A stretch of DNA of 64,000 nucleotides, from contig CAVWKK010000008.1 in assembly GCA_963755605.1 (NCBI GenBank), positions 551,225 to 615,224 of the forward strand, given 5' to 3'. The position numbers and the translations under genes are program-made. Shown piece after piece: positions 10,155 to 17,629 of the stretch (positions are counted from its first letter, which is position 1; every line of letters begins with the position of its first letter). The stretch is from an uncultured Actinomycetes bacterium. GTDB taxonomy: Bacteria > Actinomycetota > Thermoleophilia > Gaiellales > Gaiellaceae. The notes beneath the pieces were generated by a model. The model was not told the origin of the DNA, searched no databases, and saw nothing but the letters and a program-made list of their open reading frames with translations.

Positions 10155-11150
10155 ATGAGGATCCTGCTCGTCTCCCAGATGTACCCCGGGCCGGACGCTC
10201 CGGACCTTGGCGTGTTCGTGCGCAGCCTCGAAGAGCAGCTGGTCGCGCGCGGCCACACGGTCGAGCGCGCCGTGCTCGACCGGCGCGGCGTGGGCAAGCA
10301 GAAGTACCTCCGGCTCGCGCGCGCGACGGCGAGCGCTGCGCGGCGCTTCGACCCCGACGTCGTCTACGCGCACTTCCTCTTTCCGACCGGCCTGATCGGC
10401 GCGATCGCCGGCCGCGCGCCGCTCGTGGTGACCGCGCACGGCCGCGACGTCCGCAACGTCGGCTGGATTCCGGGAATTCGCGCCGCGACGCGGCTCGTCG
10501 CGCGGCGCGCGGCCGCGATCATCGCGGTCTCCGACTATCTACGCCGCGAGCTCGAGGCAAAAGTTCCGGAGGCGCGAGGGAAGACCGAGGTGGTCGACTC
10601 CGGCGTCGACCTCGAGCGCTTCACCGTCCAACCTGCGCCCGAGGGCCCGACGCGCTACCTGTGCATCGCGTCGTTGATCGAACGCAAGAACGTGCTCCGG
10701 CTCGCGCGCGCATTCGAGCGGCTTGGTACCGGCTCGCTGACGTTCGTCGGTGTCGGGCCGCTGCAGTCCGAGCTCGAGGGGCGACCAGGCATCGAAGTTG
10801 TCGGCGCGCTGCCGTACGACGAGATTCCGGCGCGCATCGCCGCCGCCCACGTCGTCTGCCAGCCGAGCTTGATCGAGCCGTTCGGACAGGCCCTGCTGGA
10901 AGCGATGGCGAGTGGGCGCTCGGTCGTCGCGACGCGGATTGGCGGTCCGCCCGAGTTCGTGCCACCGGAGGCGGGTGTGCTCGTCGATCCGGTCGACGAG
11001 GACGCGCTCGTCGAAGCCTTACGCGTTGCCGCGGAGCTGCCGTGCCCGAATCCGGCGGCCAGAGCGGCTGCCGAGGCCCATGACGTCAGACGTCAGGCGG
11101 AGAAGGTGGAGGCGATTCTCCAGCGAGCCGCTCGAGGTCGGCGAGCCTGA
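10155..11150 (+). CDS. Glycosyltransferase family 4 (GT-B)
   Basis: MRILLVSQMYPGP..., VVTAHGRDV, and the C-terminal EPFGQALLEAMASGRSVVATRIGGPPEFV (EX7E region). Confidence 0.85.
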   Translation: MRILLVSQMYPGPDAPDLGVFVRSLEEQLVARGHTVERAVLDRRGVGKQKYLRLARATASAARRFDPDVVYAHFLFPTGLIGAIAGRAPLVVTAHGRDVRNVGWIPGIRAATRLVARRAAAIIAVSDYLRRELEAKVPEARGKTEVVDSGVDLERFTVQPAPEGPTRYLCIASLIERKNVLRLARAFERLGTGSLTFVGVGPLQSELEGRPGIEVVGALPYDEIPARIAAAHVVCQPSLIEPFGQALLEAMASGRSVVATRIGGPPEFVPPEAGVLVDPVDEDALVEALRVAAELPCPNPAARAAAEAHDVRRQAEKVEAILQRAARGRRA

Positions 11151-11337
11151 TCTCCACGAGCGGTCGGATCGCCTCTTCGAGGCCCGCTTCCCGCGCGGCT
11201 GCGAGCGCCTGCTCGTAGCTCTGGCGCGCTTTCGCCGGGTCGACTCCCTGTTTGAGCCGGTTGTCGCCCGTGACGATCAGCTTCTGAATCCGCTCGCGGG
11301 CGTCTTCCCCCTTCACAAATCGACCGTAACAGGTCAC
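11086..11337 (-). CDS. Hypothetical small protein
   Basis: 83-aa ORF with high third-position G+C. It fills the gap between the GT4 and receiver genes. It overlaps the GT4 3' end convergently by 65 nt. I recognise no motif. Confidence 0.45.
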   Translation of the reverse strand: MTCYGRFVKGEDARERIQKLIVTGDNRLKQGVDPAKARQSYEQALAAAREAGLEEAIRPLVEIRLADLERLAGESPPPSPPDV

Positions 11338-11355
11338 ATTTCAACTGGGACCGTC

Positions 11356-11748
11356 ATGGAGGCTGCCGTCACCGTGCCAGACCGGATCCGCGTCCTGATC
11401 GCGGACGACCATCGCCTGTTCGGCCAGGCCCTCGAGGCGATCCTTGCGACGGACGATCGCCTGGAGGTCTGCGGTCACGCCGGCGACGGCGCCGAAGCCG
11501 TGCACCTCGCCGTCAGCCTCGACCCCCACGTGATCCTGATGGACATCGCGATGCCGATCATGGACGGCTTCCGGGCGACGAAGGAGATCCGGAGGCAGCG
11601 GCCGCACTCCTGCATCTTGATGTTGACCGGATCGAATTCCCGCTCCGACGTCGACCGGGCGCGTGAAGCGGGCGCGGCCGGCTACGTCACGAAGGATCGC
11701 ATCGCTTCGGAATTGATCGACGCGATCCTCGAGGTCGTGTCCGCGTAA
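11356..11748 (+). CDS. Stand-alone response-regulator receiver domain protein
   Basis: ATG 11356 gives MEAAVTVPDRIRVLIADDHRLF..ILMDIAMPIMDG..LTG...AGAAGYVTK. This carries the DD/D/T/K receiver signature and has no output domain. Confidence 0.85.
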   Translation: MEAAVTVPDRIRVLIADDHRLFGQALEAILATDDRLEVCGHAGDGAEAVHLAVSLDPHVILMDIAMPIMDGFRATKEIRRQRPHSCILMLTGSNSRSDVDRAREAGAAGYVTKDRIASELIDAILEVVSA

Positions 11749-11775
11749 GAGCGGCGCTGGTACCCTGGCCGCGCG

Positions 11776-11997
11776 ATGGTTCAGGCACTTGCCGTCATCC
11801 AGGTACTGCTCTGCATGGCCCTCGTCGGGCTGATCCTCATGCATTCGGGGAGGGACGCCGGGCTCGGCGGGATGGGCTTCACGCCCGCATCGCAGGGCGG
11901 CACGCACATCGTCGAGCGGAACCTGACGCGACTCACCGTCGTCGTCGCGATCCTCTTCGTCGCGAACTGCATCGCGCTCTTCCACGCACTGAAGTAG
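11776..11997 (+). CDS. secG: Preprotein translocase subunit SecG
   Basis: 73 aa with two TM helices flanking the Gly-rich loop LMHSGRDAGLGGMGF, as in SecG. Confidence 0.85.
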   Translation: MVQALAVIQVLLCMALVGLILMHSGRDAGLGGMGFTPASQGGTHIVERNLTRLTVVVAILFVANCIALFHALK

Positions 11998-12065
11998 CCG
12001 CGCTGCTGACGTTCGCCGCGCTCGTCGCGGCGGGCTGCGGCGACCAGCAGAGTGCGTCCACCACG

Positions 12066-13310
12066 TTGCCGCGTGCGACCGGCCCGGGCGATGTGGTCCG
12101 TGTCGGTCTCGATGTGTTTCGCTGGCCGCTCGATCCTGCACTCGCAAGCGGCCGCGAAGAGACGACGATCGCGCGTGCGTTGTACGCGACTCCCTTGCGG
12201 ACGGACGCGCGAACCGGTGCGGTCGTTCCCGGGCTCTGCACGGCGTGGCGCGCAGCCGCCGACTTTCGGACCTGGACGTTCACGTGCAAGGCTGCTCCTT
12301 CGATTGCGGCTGCTCTACGTCGGGTCAAGCGTCTGTCTGATGCGCCGGCGCGCTGGCTCTTCGCCGACGCACGAATCTCCGCGCCAGCGGCTACGACGTT
12401 GTCGATCAAGCTTCCCTGGCCGTGGCGGCGCTTCCCGTATGCGCTCACCGTCGTCGGCGCTGCGCCACGCTTCGTGCCCGGGCCGTTCGAGCTCGTCAGC
12501 GGGAACGCGCGGCAGGTCGTCGTTCGCCGCGAAGGACTCACGGTTCGGTTCGCCCGCGTCGCTCCGCTCGCCGCCCTCCGTCAGTTCAAAAATGGCGAGC
12601 TCGACGAGGCGCCGATTCCGCTCGGCGACATCGTCGCGACGAAGGCGGACCCGCAGTTCGGCCCGGACGTCAGAGCACGCACGTTGCTCGGGCTCGATGT
12701 CGCGACGATCCGCGGCTTCACGGCCGAGCTTCGGCGGATCTACTGGGACACGGCCAATCGCGGCGACTACGAGCAGCTCGTCTCCGAGCTCGCCGGCTCG
12801 AGCGCCTACGGCGTGATCGGCGGCGAGCAGGCCGACCCTGCGGCGTACCGGCGTGCGCTGCACGCGATTCCTGCCCTGGAGCAGCCCGCCGTGCGGTTCG
12901 ACGTGCCGGTCGATCCGGCGCTCCGCTACGGCGCAAGGCTCCTGTGGGCGCAGTGGCGCGACAACGGCCTGGGGCCGCGCCTCGTCAGCGGCGTGAACGC
13001 GCAGGCCGACGGCGGCCTGCAGCGCATCATCGCGGCCTATCCGCAGGAGGAGGCGCTGCCCGCGCAGCTCGTCTTCGAAGACGCCGGGGCGCCGCGGGAA
13101 CTTCTGCTCCGTGCGCTCGGCGCTGCCGGGCAGCGCGCCGACCTCCTAGGGCTCGATACGCAGTTGCGCCTGCGCGCCTCGGCGATTCCGATTGCGTGGG
13201 TCGTGGACGCGCGGCTCGTTTCGCCGCGGCTCGAGGGCTGGCGCGAGGACGCTCTCGGGAACGTCGACTACGCGGCGGTCAGATCCCGGGCTTCGAGCCG
13301 ACGCCCGTGA
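12066..13310 (+). CDS. Putative lipoprotein, degenerate family-5 solute-binding-protein-like; true start probably upstream
   Basis: It has weak SBP_bac_5-like N-terminal blocks (ALYATPLRTDARTGAVVPGLCTAWRAAADFRTWTF). An in-frame lipoprotein signal (AALLTFAALVAAGCGDQQ) lies upstream of the TTG 12066 used in the track. Confidence 0.55.
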   Translation: MPRATGPGDVVRVGLDVFRWPLDPALASGREETTIARALYATPLRTDARTGAVVPGLCTAWRAAADFRTWTFTCKAAPSIAAALRRVKRLSDAPARWLFADARISAPAATTLSIKLPWPWRRFPYALTVVGAAPRFVPGPFELVSGNARQVVVRREGLTVRFARVAPLAALRQFKNGELDEAPIPLGDIVATKADPQFGPDVRARTLLGLDVATIRGFTAELRRIYWDTANRGDYEQLVSELAGSSAYGVIGGEQADPAAYRRALHAIPALEQPAVRFDVPVDPALRYGARLLWAQWRDNGLGPRLVSGVNAQADGGLQRIIAAYPQEEALPAQLVFEDAGAPRELLLRALGAAGQRADLLGLDTQLRLRASAIPIAWVVDARLVSPRLEGWREDALGNVDYAAVRSRASSRRP

Positions 13311-14634
13311 TCGTGAAGCGTTCGGCCGCGATCGCGGGAGTCAGCAAGCCGTACGCGTAGCGCTCGCCGTAGAAGTTCTGCGAGTTGACGAGCGCCGCTT
13401 TCCCGGTGAGCCCGAGCACGTCGCGAAGAAAGTCCGGCACGGCGATGGTGAAGCGCAGGTTGACGAGCGGTTCGGCGATCTTGCCGCCGCGAATGCGGAA
13501 CGTTCCGTCGCGGGTCATGCCGGTGATGATCCCCTCTCGTGGATGCACGACTCCGAGGTAGTGCAGGCGAGTCACGTAGAGGCCGTCGCCGACGCGCTCG
13601 GCGAGCTCCTCGACCGATTCGGCGTCGCCGGGCTGGACCGAGAGGGCCGACGGCAGCGGGCCCCAGTCGCGTAGCTCCGCGGGAGGAGCATGGCCGGTCG
13701 TCTCCCCGTCCTGCGACTGCGCCGCGGTTGCGCGGTCCCAGACGACACCGCATGCGACGCCGTTCTCGACGAGCTGCACGCGCTGCTTCGGCGTTCCCTC
13801 GAAGTCGAACGCCTTCGGAAGTCCGCGGGGATCGAGCGCGTCGTCGACGATCGAGATCTTCTCGTCGAACACCTGCTCACCCAGCCTGCCGGTGAAGTAG
13901 CTGCGCTCTTCGAGCAGCCCGAGCGCGCCGAAGGAATCGTGCGAGAAGTAGTCGAGCAGATCGGCGAATGCGTAGGGCTCGAGCACCACGCGATACACGC
14001 CGGCCTCGGTCTCGCGGGCCGCTTTCGTCCGCCGCGCCTTCTCCGCGGCTTCGCGAGCAACCAGGCTGGGGTCGATCTCGCCCGCACGCCAGGCGGTGTG
14101 CTCCGCATAGCCCGAGCCGTCTTCGTTCGCCGCGACGACGAGGGCGGTCGCATCCGTCATCTCCTGGGCCACGGAGAGGCCGGTCGTCGAAGCGACCGCG
14201 AGCTCGGTCACGGCGCTCGTGAAGAAGCCGTAGACCGGGACGTCGCAGCCTGCGTCGATCGCCGCTGCGGCGAGGCGCGCCTGCGCCGCGGCGTCGAGTG
14301 CGGCCGTCTCCTTGTCGTAGCCGTCGACCGCCGGCAGCTCGGCGGGCGGTGCGAGCCCGGGAAAGCTTTCGTCCGGCGGCACGCTCCCCGCGGCATCGGC
14401 CGCGCGCTGCGCCACCTCTGCGAGCCCGGCCGCGTCGATCTTGTTCGTGGTCGCGACACCGGTGCGGTTGCCGTGCACGACGCGCAACGTGACCATCGCG
14501 TTCTCGATCAGCGTCGGCTGGTGCACCTCCGACCCGGCGAACCGCGCCAGGCCCGAGTGCTCGACATGCGCCACCGCCTCGGCTTCGCCGCCCACAACCT
14601 CGAGCGCTGCTTTGGCGATGTCGAGCGCCCTCAC
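13279..14634 (-). CDS. pmbA: TldD/PmbA family metallopeptidase (PmbA/TldE-like)
   Basis: GTG 14634 gives VRALDIAKAALE..., forming a GTGA overlap with the tldD stop. The C-terminal blocks GLYVTRLHYLGVVHP and TRDGTFRIRGGKI are typical. The long track ORF N-terminus is shadow over tldD. Confidence 0.85.
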   Translation of the reverse strand: MRALDIAKAALEVVGGEAEAVAHVEHSGLARFAGSEVHQPTLIENAMVTLRVVHGNRTGVATTNKIDAAGLAEVAQRAADAAGSVPPDESFPGLAPPAELPAVDGYDKETAALDAAAQARLAAAAIDAGCDVPVYGFFTSAVTELAVASTTGLSVAQEMTDATALVVAANEDGSGYAEHTAWRAGEIDPSLVAREAAEKARRTKAARETEAGVYRVVLEPYAFADLLDYFSHDSFGALGLLEERSYFTGRLGEQVFDEKISIVDDALDPRGLPKAFDFEGTPKQRVQLVENGVACGVVWDRATAAQSQDGETTGHAPPAELRDWGPLPSALSVQPGDAESVEELAERVGDGLYVTRLHYLGVVHPREGIITGMTRDGTFRIRGGKIAEPLVNLRFTIAVPDFLRDVLGLTGKAALVNSQNFYGERYAYGLLTPAIAAERFTITGVGSKPGI

Positions 14635-16088
14635 GAGCGAACTCCGACCTGGACGTTGCGAAAGCGTGCGGGAGCCGCGCCGTGGGATACATGTGCGCTC
14701 TGACCAGGCTGGCCCTTGCCGCAGTTGGTCATGCCGTAGAGCGTCCATTCGTCTCGGCCCGCAACCGCGTCGAGCTTCCCCCAGAACTCGGGCGTGATCC
14801 CCGTGTACGTCGCGTCTCGCAGCATGCGCCCGAGCTTGCCCGCCTTGATCTCCCAGGCGATCTGCGTGCCGAACTGGAAGTTGAGCCGCTTGTCGTCGAT
14901 CGACCAGCTGCGGTTCGTCTCCATGTACACACCGTCGTCGACGTCGGCGAGCAGGTCCTCGAGCGTCCCTGCTCCGGGCTCCAGATGGAGGTTCGTCATG
15001 CGCACCAGCGGCATCCGGCTCCAGCTGTCGGCTCGCATCGAGCCACCGCTCCCGGCGCCGATGCGTGCAGCCGTCTCCCGCGACGTCAGAAAATTCGTGA
15101 GCAGCCCCCCGGCCACAATCGGCGTGCGCTGGGCGGGGACACCTTCGTCGTCGAACGCGAAGCTGCCGAGACCGCCGCTGGTCGTCGGGTCGGCCGTGAC
15201 GTTCATCAGCTCGGAGCCGTAACGCAACGAGCCGAGGTCGCCCGGCTTGAGAAAGCTCGTGCCGGCGTACGAGGCTTCGGTGCCGTACACGCGGTCGAGC
15301 TCCGTCGGGTGACCCACCGACTCGTGCACTTGCAAGGCGACCTGGTCGCCGTCGAGCACGATCGTCATCTCTCCGCTCGGGCACTCGTCGGCGCGCACGA
15401 GCGCCGCGGCCTGCTCGGCGACGCGCGGCGCCTCCCCGATCAGGTCGAGCCCGTCGACGTACTCCCAGCCGAGCTGGGAGCTCGAGCCCACGTGTGCGCT
15501 CGGGTAGCTCCGCATCTGGAAGACGCCGTCGCGGGCAGCGGCGCAGTCGAGGCCCGCGCCGCACTCGATGAGCTCCTGCTCGACTTCCGTTCCCTCGGAC
15601 GTCAGCAGCAGCTTGTGCTCGCGCTGGGCGCGCACCATCGCCTGGCGCACGAGGATCTCGGGGCCGCCGAGCGCCTCGTCCGCGGCCAGGCAGTGCGCGA
15701 CCTTCTCCGAGAGCGGCACCTCGAAGGGATCGCGCTGCACCGGACTGCGGTGTGTCCCGCTCGCCGCAGCAACGGGTGCGAGCTGGCGCGAATGCTTACC
15801 GGCTGCGGCCCGGGCGAAGGTGCATGCGCGCAGAGCCGCCTCGCGCGCGCCCTCAGCGGAGAGCCGGCGATCTGCCGCAAAGCCCCACGCGCCGTTCACG
15901 AGCACGCGAACGCCGATCCCCTCGCTCTCTGAATCGGACAGCCGCTCGACGCGCCCGTTCTTCGTCGCGACGAACTGGTTCCGCTTGATGACAACGCGTG
16001 CGTCCGCGTACTCCGCCCCCGAGCCGATGGCAGTGTCGACCGCGGCTGCACACAGGTCTCGCACGCGCGGCACTCTAATGAGGGACAT
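14631..16088 (-). CDS. tldD: TldD family metallopeptidase
   Basis: ATG 16088 gives MSLIRVPRVRDL.... It has the HESVGHPTELDR zinc motif, plus GSMRADSWSRMPLVRMTN and GMTNCGKG. The track ORF extension to 16163 runs antisense through the tRNA-like fragment. Confidence 0.9.
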   Translation of the reverse strand: MSLIRVPRVRDLCAAAVDTAIGSGAEYADARVVIKRNQFVATKNGRVERLSDSESEGIGVRVLVNGAWGFAADRRLSAEGAREAALRACTFARAAAGKHSRQLAPVAAASGTHRSPVQRDPFEVPLSEKVAHCLAADEALGGPEILVRQAMVRAQREHKLLLTSEGTEVEQELIECGAGLDCAAARDGVFQMRSYPSAHVGSSSQLGWEYVDGLDLIGEAPRVAEQAAALVRADECPSGEMTIVLDGDQVALQVHESVGHPTELDRVYGTEASYAGTSFLKPGDLGSLRYGSELMNVTADPTTSGGLGSFAFDDEGVPAQRTPIVAGGLLTNFLTSRETAARIGAGSGGSMRADSWSRMPLVRMTNLHLEPGAGTLEDLLADVDDGVYMETNRSWSIDDKRLNFQFGTQIAWEIKAGKLGRMLRDATYTGITPEFWGKLDAVAGRDEWTLYGMTNCGKGQPGQSAHVSHGAAPARFRNVQVGVRS

Positions 16089-16108
16089 CTGTCGGACCGA
16101 GCCGCGGC

Positions 16109-16114
16109 TACACT
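16109..16114 (+). promoter_or_regulatory. -10-like hexamer TACACT upstream of the tRNA-Leu 5'-half fragment
   Basis: TACACT lies 14 nt upstream of 16129. The same hexamer and spacing precede the intact tRNA-Leu. Confidence 0.4.
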
Positions 16115-16128
16115 GCGCCAACCCTCGA

Positions 16129-16160
16129 GCGCTGGTGGCGGAATTGGTAGACGCGCTAGG
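16129..16160 (+). pseudogene. tRNA-Leu 5'-half fragment (acceptor 5' strand, D-arm and anticodon-stem 5' strand only)
   Basis: These 32 nt are identical to 16300..16331 of the intact tRNA-Leu. The sequence then diverges, with no anticodon-stem 3' strand, T-arm or CCAGCGC acceptor 3' strand downstream. Confidence 0.7.
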
Positions 16161-16280
16161 CAACGCCGCGAAATCCGCTCGCTTCGCTCACATGATGATT
16201 CCGCGGCGAGGCTGCCGGAGGGCGTTTCGGCAGGGCCGGGCAAAGCCCGTCCCTGCGGCGAGATGATTGGAATCTGGCGC

Positions 16281-16286
16281 TACACT
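16281..16286 (+). promoter_or_regulatory. -10-like hexamer TACACT of the tRNA-Leu gene
   Basis: TACACT lies 13 nt upstream of the mature tRNA 5' end. Confidence 0.45.
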
Positions 16287-16299
16287 GGCGTTCCCTCGG

Positions 16300-16385
16300 G
16301 CGCTGGTGGCGGAATTGGTAGACGCGCTAGGTTGAGGGCCTAGTGGCCTTAAACGGCCGTGGAGGTTCAAGTCCTCTCCAGCGCA
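16300..16385 (+). tRNA. tRNA-Leu (anticodon GAG), class II with a long variable arm
   Basis: Manual cloverleaf: acceptor GCGCTGG/CCAGCGC, D-arm GCGG-AATTGGTAGA-CGC, anticodon stem CTAGG/CCTAG with loop TTGAGGG, variable arm GGCC-TTAAAC-GGCC, T-arm GGAGG-TTCAAGT-CCTCT, discriminator A. CCA is not encoded. Confidence 0.93.
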
Positions 16386-16392
16386 CTTCGCC

Positions 16393-16417
16393 GCGAGGCC
16401 GGGCTTCCCGGCCTCGC
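16393..16417 (+). terminator. Rho-independent terminator after tRNA-Leu
   Basis: Hairpin GCGAGGCCGGG-CTT-CCCGGCCTCGC followed by the T-rich CGCTCTTTCTCC. Confidence 0.7.
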
Positions 16418-16432
16418 CGCTCTTTCTCCAAT

Positions 16433-16461
16433 TTGACACCGTCCGAGAGGGTCTCTAGCCT
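16433..16461 (+). promoter_or_regulatory. Putative lexA promoter (TTGACA-N17-TAGCCT)
   Basis: A consensus -35 TTGACA at 16433..16438, a 17-nt spacer, and TAGCCT (TANNNT) at 16456..16461. The SOS box lies immediately downstream. Confidence 0.55.
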
Positions 16462-16467
16462 GTGTGG

Positions 16468-16481
16468 CGAACACACGTTCG
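16468..16481. promoter_or_regulatory. LexA operator (Cheo-type SOS box CGAACACACGTTCG)
   Basis: A perfect CGAAC-N4-GTTCG palindrome sits 7 nt after the putative -10 and 29 nt upstream of the lexA ATG. Confidence 0.85.
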
Positions 16482-16509
16482 ACCGAGAACCCAACCCTTG
16501 GAGGCGGAG

Positions 16510-17121
16510 ATGCTGACGGGACGACAGCAGGAGATCTGGGACTTCCTAGTCGACTACGTCGACGCGCATGGCTACCCGCCGACAGTGCGGGAGATCGGTG
16601 AGGCCGTCGGGCTGGCCTCGCCCTCGACGGTTCACGCCCACCTCGCCAACCTCGAGCGGGCCGGGCTGCTCAAGCGGGATCCGACGAAGCCTCGGGCGGT
16701 CGAGCTCGTGGGCCGCGAGCCGCGCGAGTCGCAGGCCGCGACGATGGCCAAGCTGCCGCTCCTCGGCCAGATCGCAGCGGGTGGGCCGCTGCTGGCCGAA
16801 CAGGACATCGAGGATCACCTCGCCGTCCCCGAGACCCTGCGCGGCGACTTCCTGCTGCGGGTCAAGGGTGAGTCGATGATCAACGCCGGGATCCTCGACG
16901 GGGACATCGTCGTCGTGCAGCGAGCGCAGGACGCCCGCAACGGCGAGATCGTCGTCGCCCTGGCCGGTGACGACGAGTCCGCCGACGAGGCGACGGTGAA
17001 GCGGTTCTTCCGCGAGAGCGGCCGCGTTCGCCTCCAACCGGAAAACGACTCGCTCGAGCCGATCTACGCCGACCACGTCCAGATTCTCGGGCGCGTCACG
17101 GGGGTCTTCAGGAGCCTCTGA
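16510..17121 (+). CDS. lexA: LexA repressor
   Basis: ATG 16510 has GGAGG 6 nt upstream. The protein has an N-terminal wHTH (PPTVREIGEAVGLASPSTVHAHL), cleavage site QIAAGGP, and catalytic GESM and VKRF. The track start GTG 16462 would place the SOS box inside the CDS. Confidence 0.93.
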   Translation: MLTGRQQEIWDFLVDYVDAHGYPPTVREIGEAVGLASPSTVHAHLANLERAGLLKRDPTKPRAVELVGREPRESQAATMAKLPLLGQIAAGGPLLAEQDIEDHLAVPETLRGDFLLRVKGESMINAGILDGDIVVVQRAQDARNGEIVVALAGDDESADEATVKRFFRESGRVRLQPENDSLEPIYADHVQILGRVTGVFRSL

Positions 17122-17321
17122 TGTCGGTCGCTCCCCTGCACCGGACGCTCGAACAGGAGCTGCAGGCGCTGCTTCGCGGCGCGAGCCTCGAATGCCTCGT
17201 GTGCGGAGAGTTCGTCCTGCACGCGGGCGGGATGATCACCTGCCCGGAGTGCAACTCGAGCCTGCGCGACGAGCTCGGTAAGGAGAAAGCCGAGCTACAA
17301 TCAGGCACGCAGGCCGGGTGA
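17121..17321 (+). CDS. Small zinc-ribbon protein (CxxC...CxxC), translationally coupled to lexA
   Basis: 66 aa with LECLVCGEFVLHAGGMITCPECNSS, high GC3, and an ATG sharing one nt with the lexA TGA (TGATG). The last four codons overlap the rnpB 5' end. Confidence 0.5.
   Translation: MSVAPLHRTLEQELQALLRGASLECLVCGEFVLHAGGMITCPECNSSLRDELGKEKAELQSGTQAG
17295..17300 (+). promoter_or_regulatory. -10 hexamer TACAAT for rnpB
   Basis: TACAAT lies 8 nt upstream of the first P1 nucleotide and inside the 3' end of the zinc-ribbon ORF. Confidence 0.45.
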
Positions 17322-17629
17322 TCGCGGATCTCTTTGGAGGTTCGAGGAAAGTCCGGACACCGCAGGGCAGGACGCTGGGGATACCCAGGCGGCGAAAGCC
17401 GACGGAAAGTGGCACAGAAAGGAGACCGCCTGCAGCGATTCTCCGGAGACGCTGAAGGTAAGGGTGAAAGGGTGGGGTAAGAGCCCACCAGCGTCGTGGC
17501 GACACGGCGGCTAGCCAAACCCCGTCCGGTGCAAGGCAAACAGGTCCCGCCATCAGGCGGCCCGCCGAGGGACCGGGTTGCTGCATAGAGGGATGGTCAC
17601 CGCAAACAGAATCCGGCTTACAGGCCTGC
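17309..17629 (+). ncRNA. rnpB: RNase P RNA, bacterial type A
   Basis: Universal blocks are present: GAGGAAAGTCCGGAC (P4 5'), ACAGAAAGGAGACCGCC, GGTAAGGGTGAAAGGGTGGGGTAAGAGCCCACC, CAAACCCCGTCCGGTGCAAGGCAAA and ACAGAATCCGGCTTAC (P4 3'). P1 pairs GCAGGCC (17309) with GGCCTGC (17623). The ends are good to a few nt. Confidence 0.9.

Noticed and set aside
16192-16266. 24-codon Arg-rich ORF (MMIPRRGCRRAFRQGRAKPVPAAR) in the tRNA spacer
   Set aside because: It has no SD. Its composition is what high-G+C sequence gives by chance. It overlaps predicted RNA hairpins.
16129-16299. Possibility that the tRNA-like fragment plus spacer is tRNA-Sec (selC), an intron-containing tRNA or tmRNA
   Set aside because: It has no UCA anticodon loop, no T-loop (GTTCNANNC) and no 3' acceptor strand complementary to GCGCTGG. 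The spacer is too short for a group I intron, and there is no tmRNA-like 3' tRNA domain.
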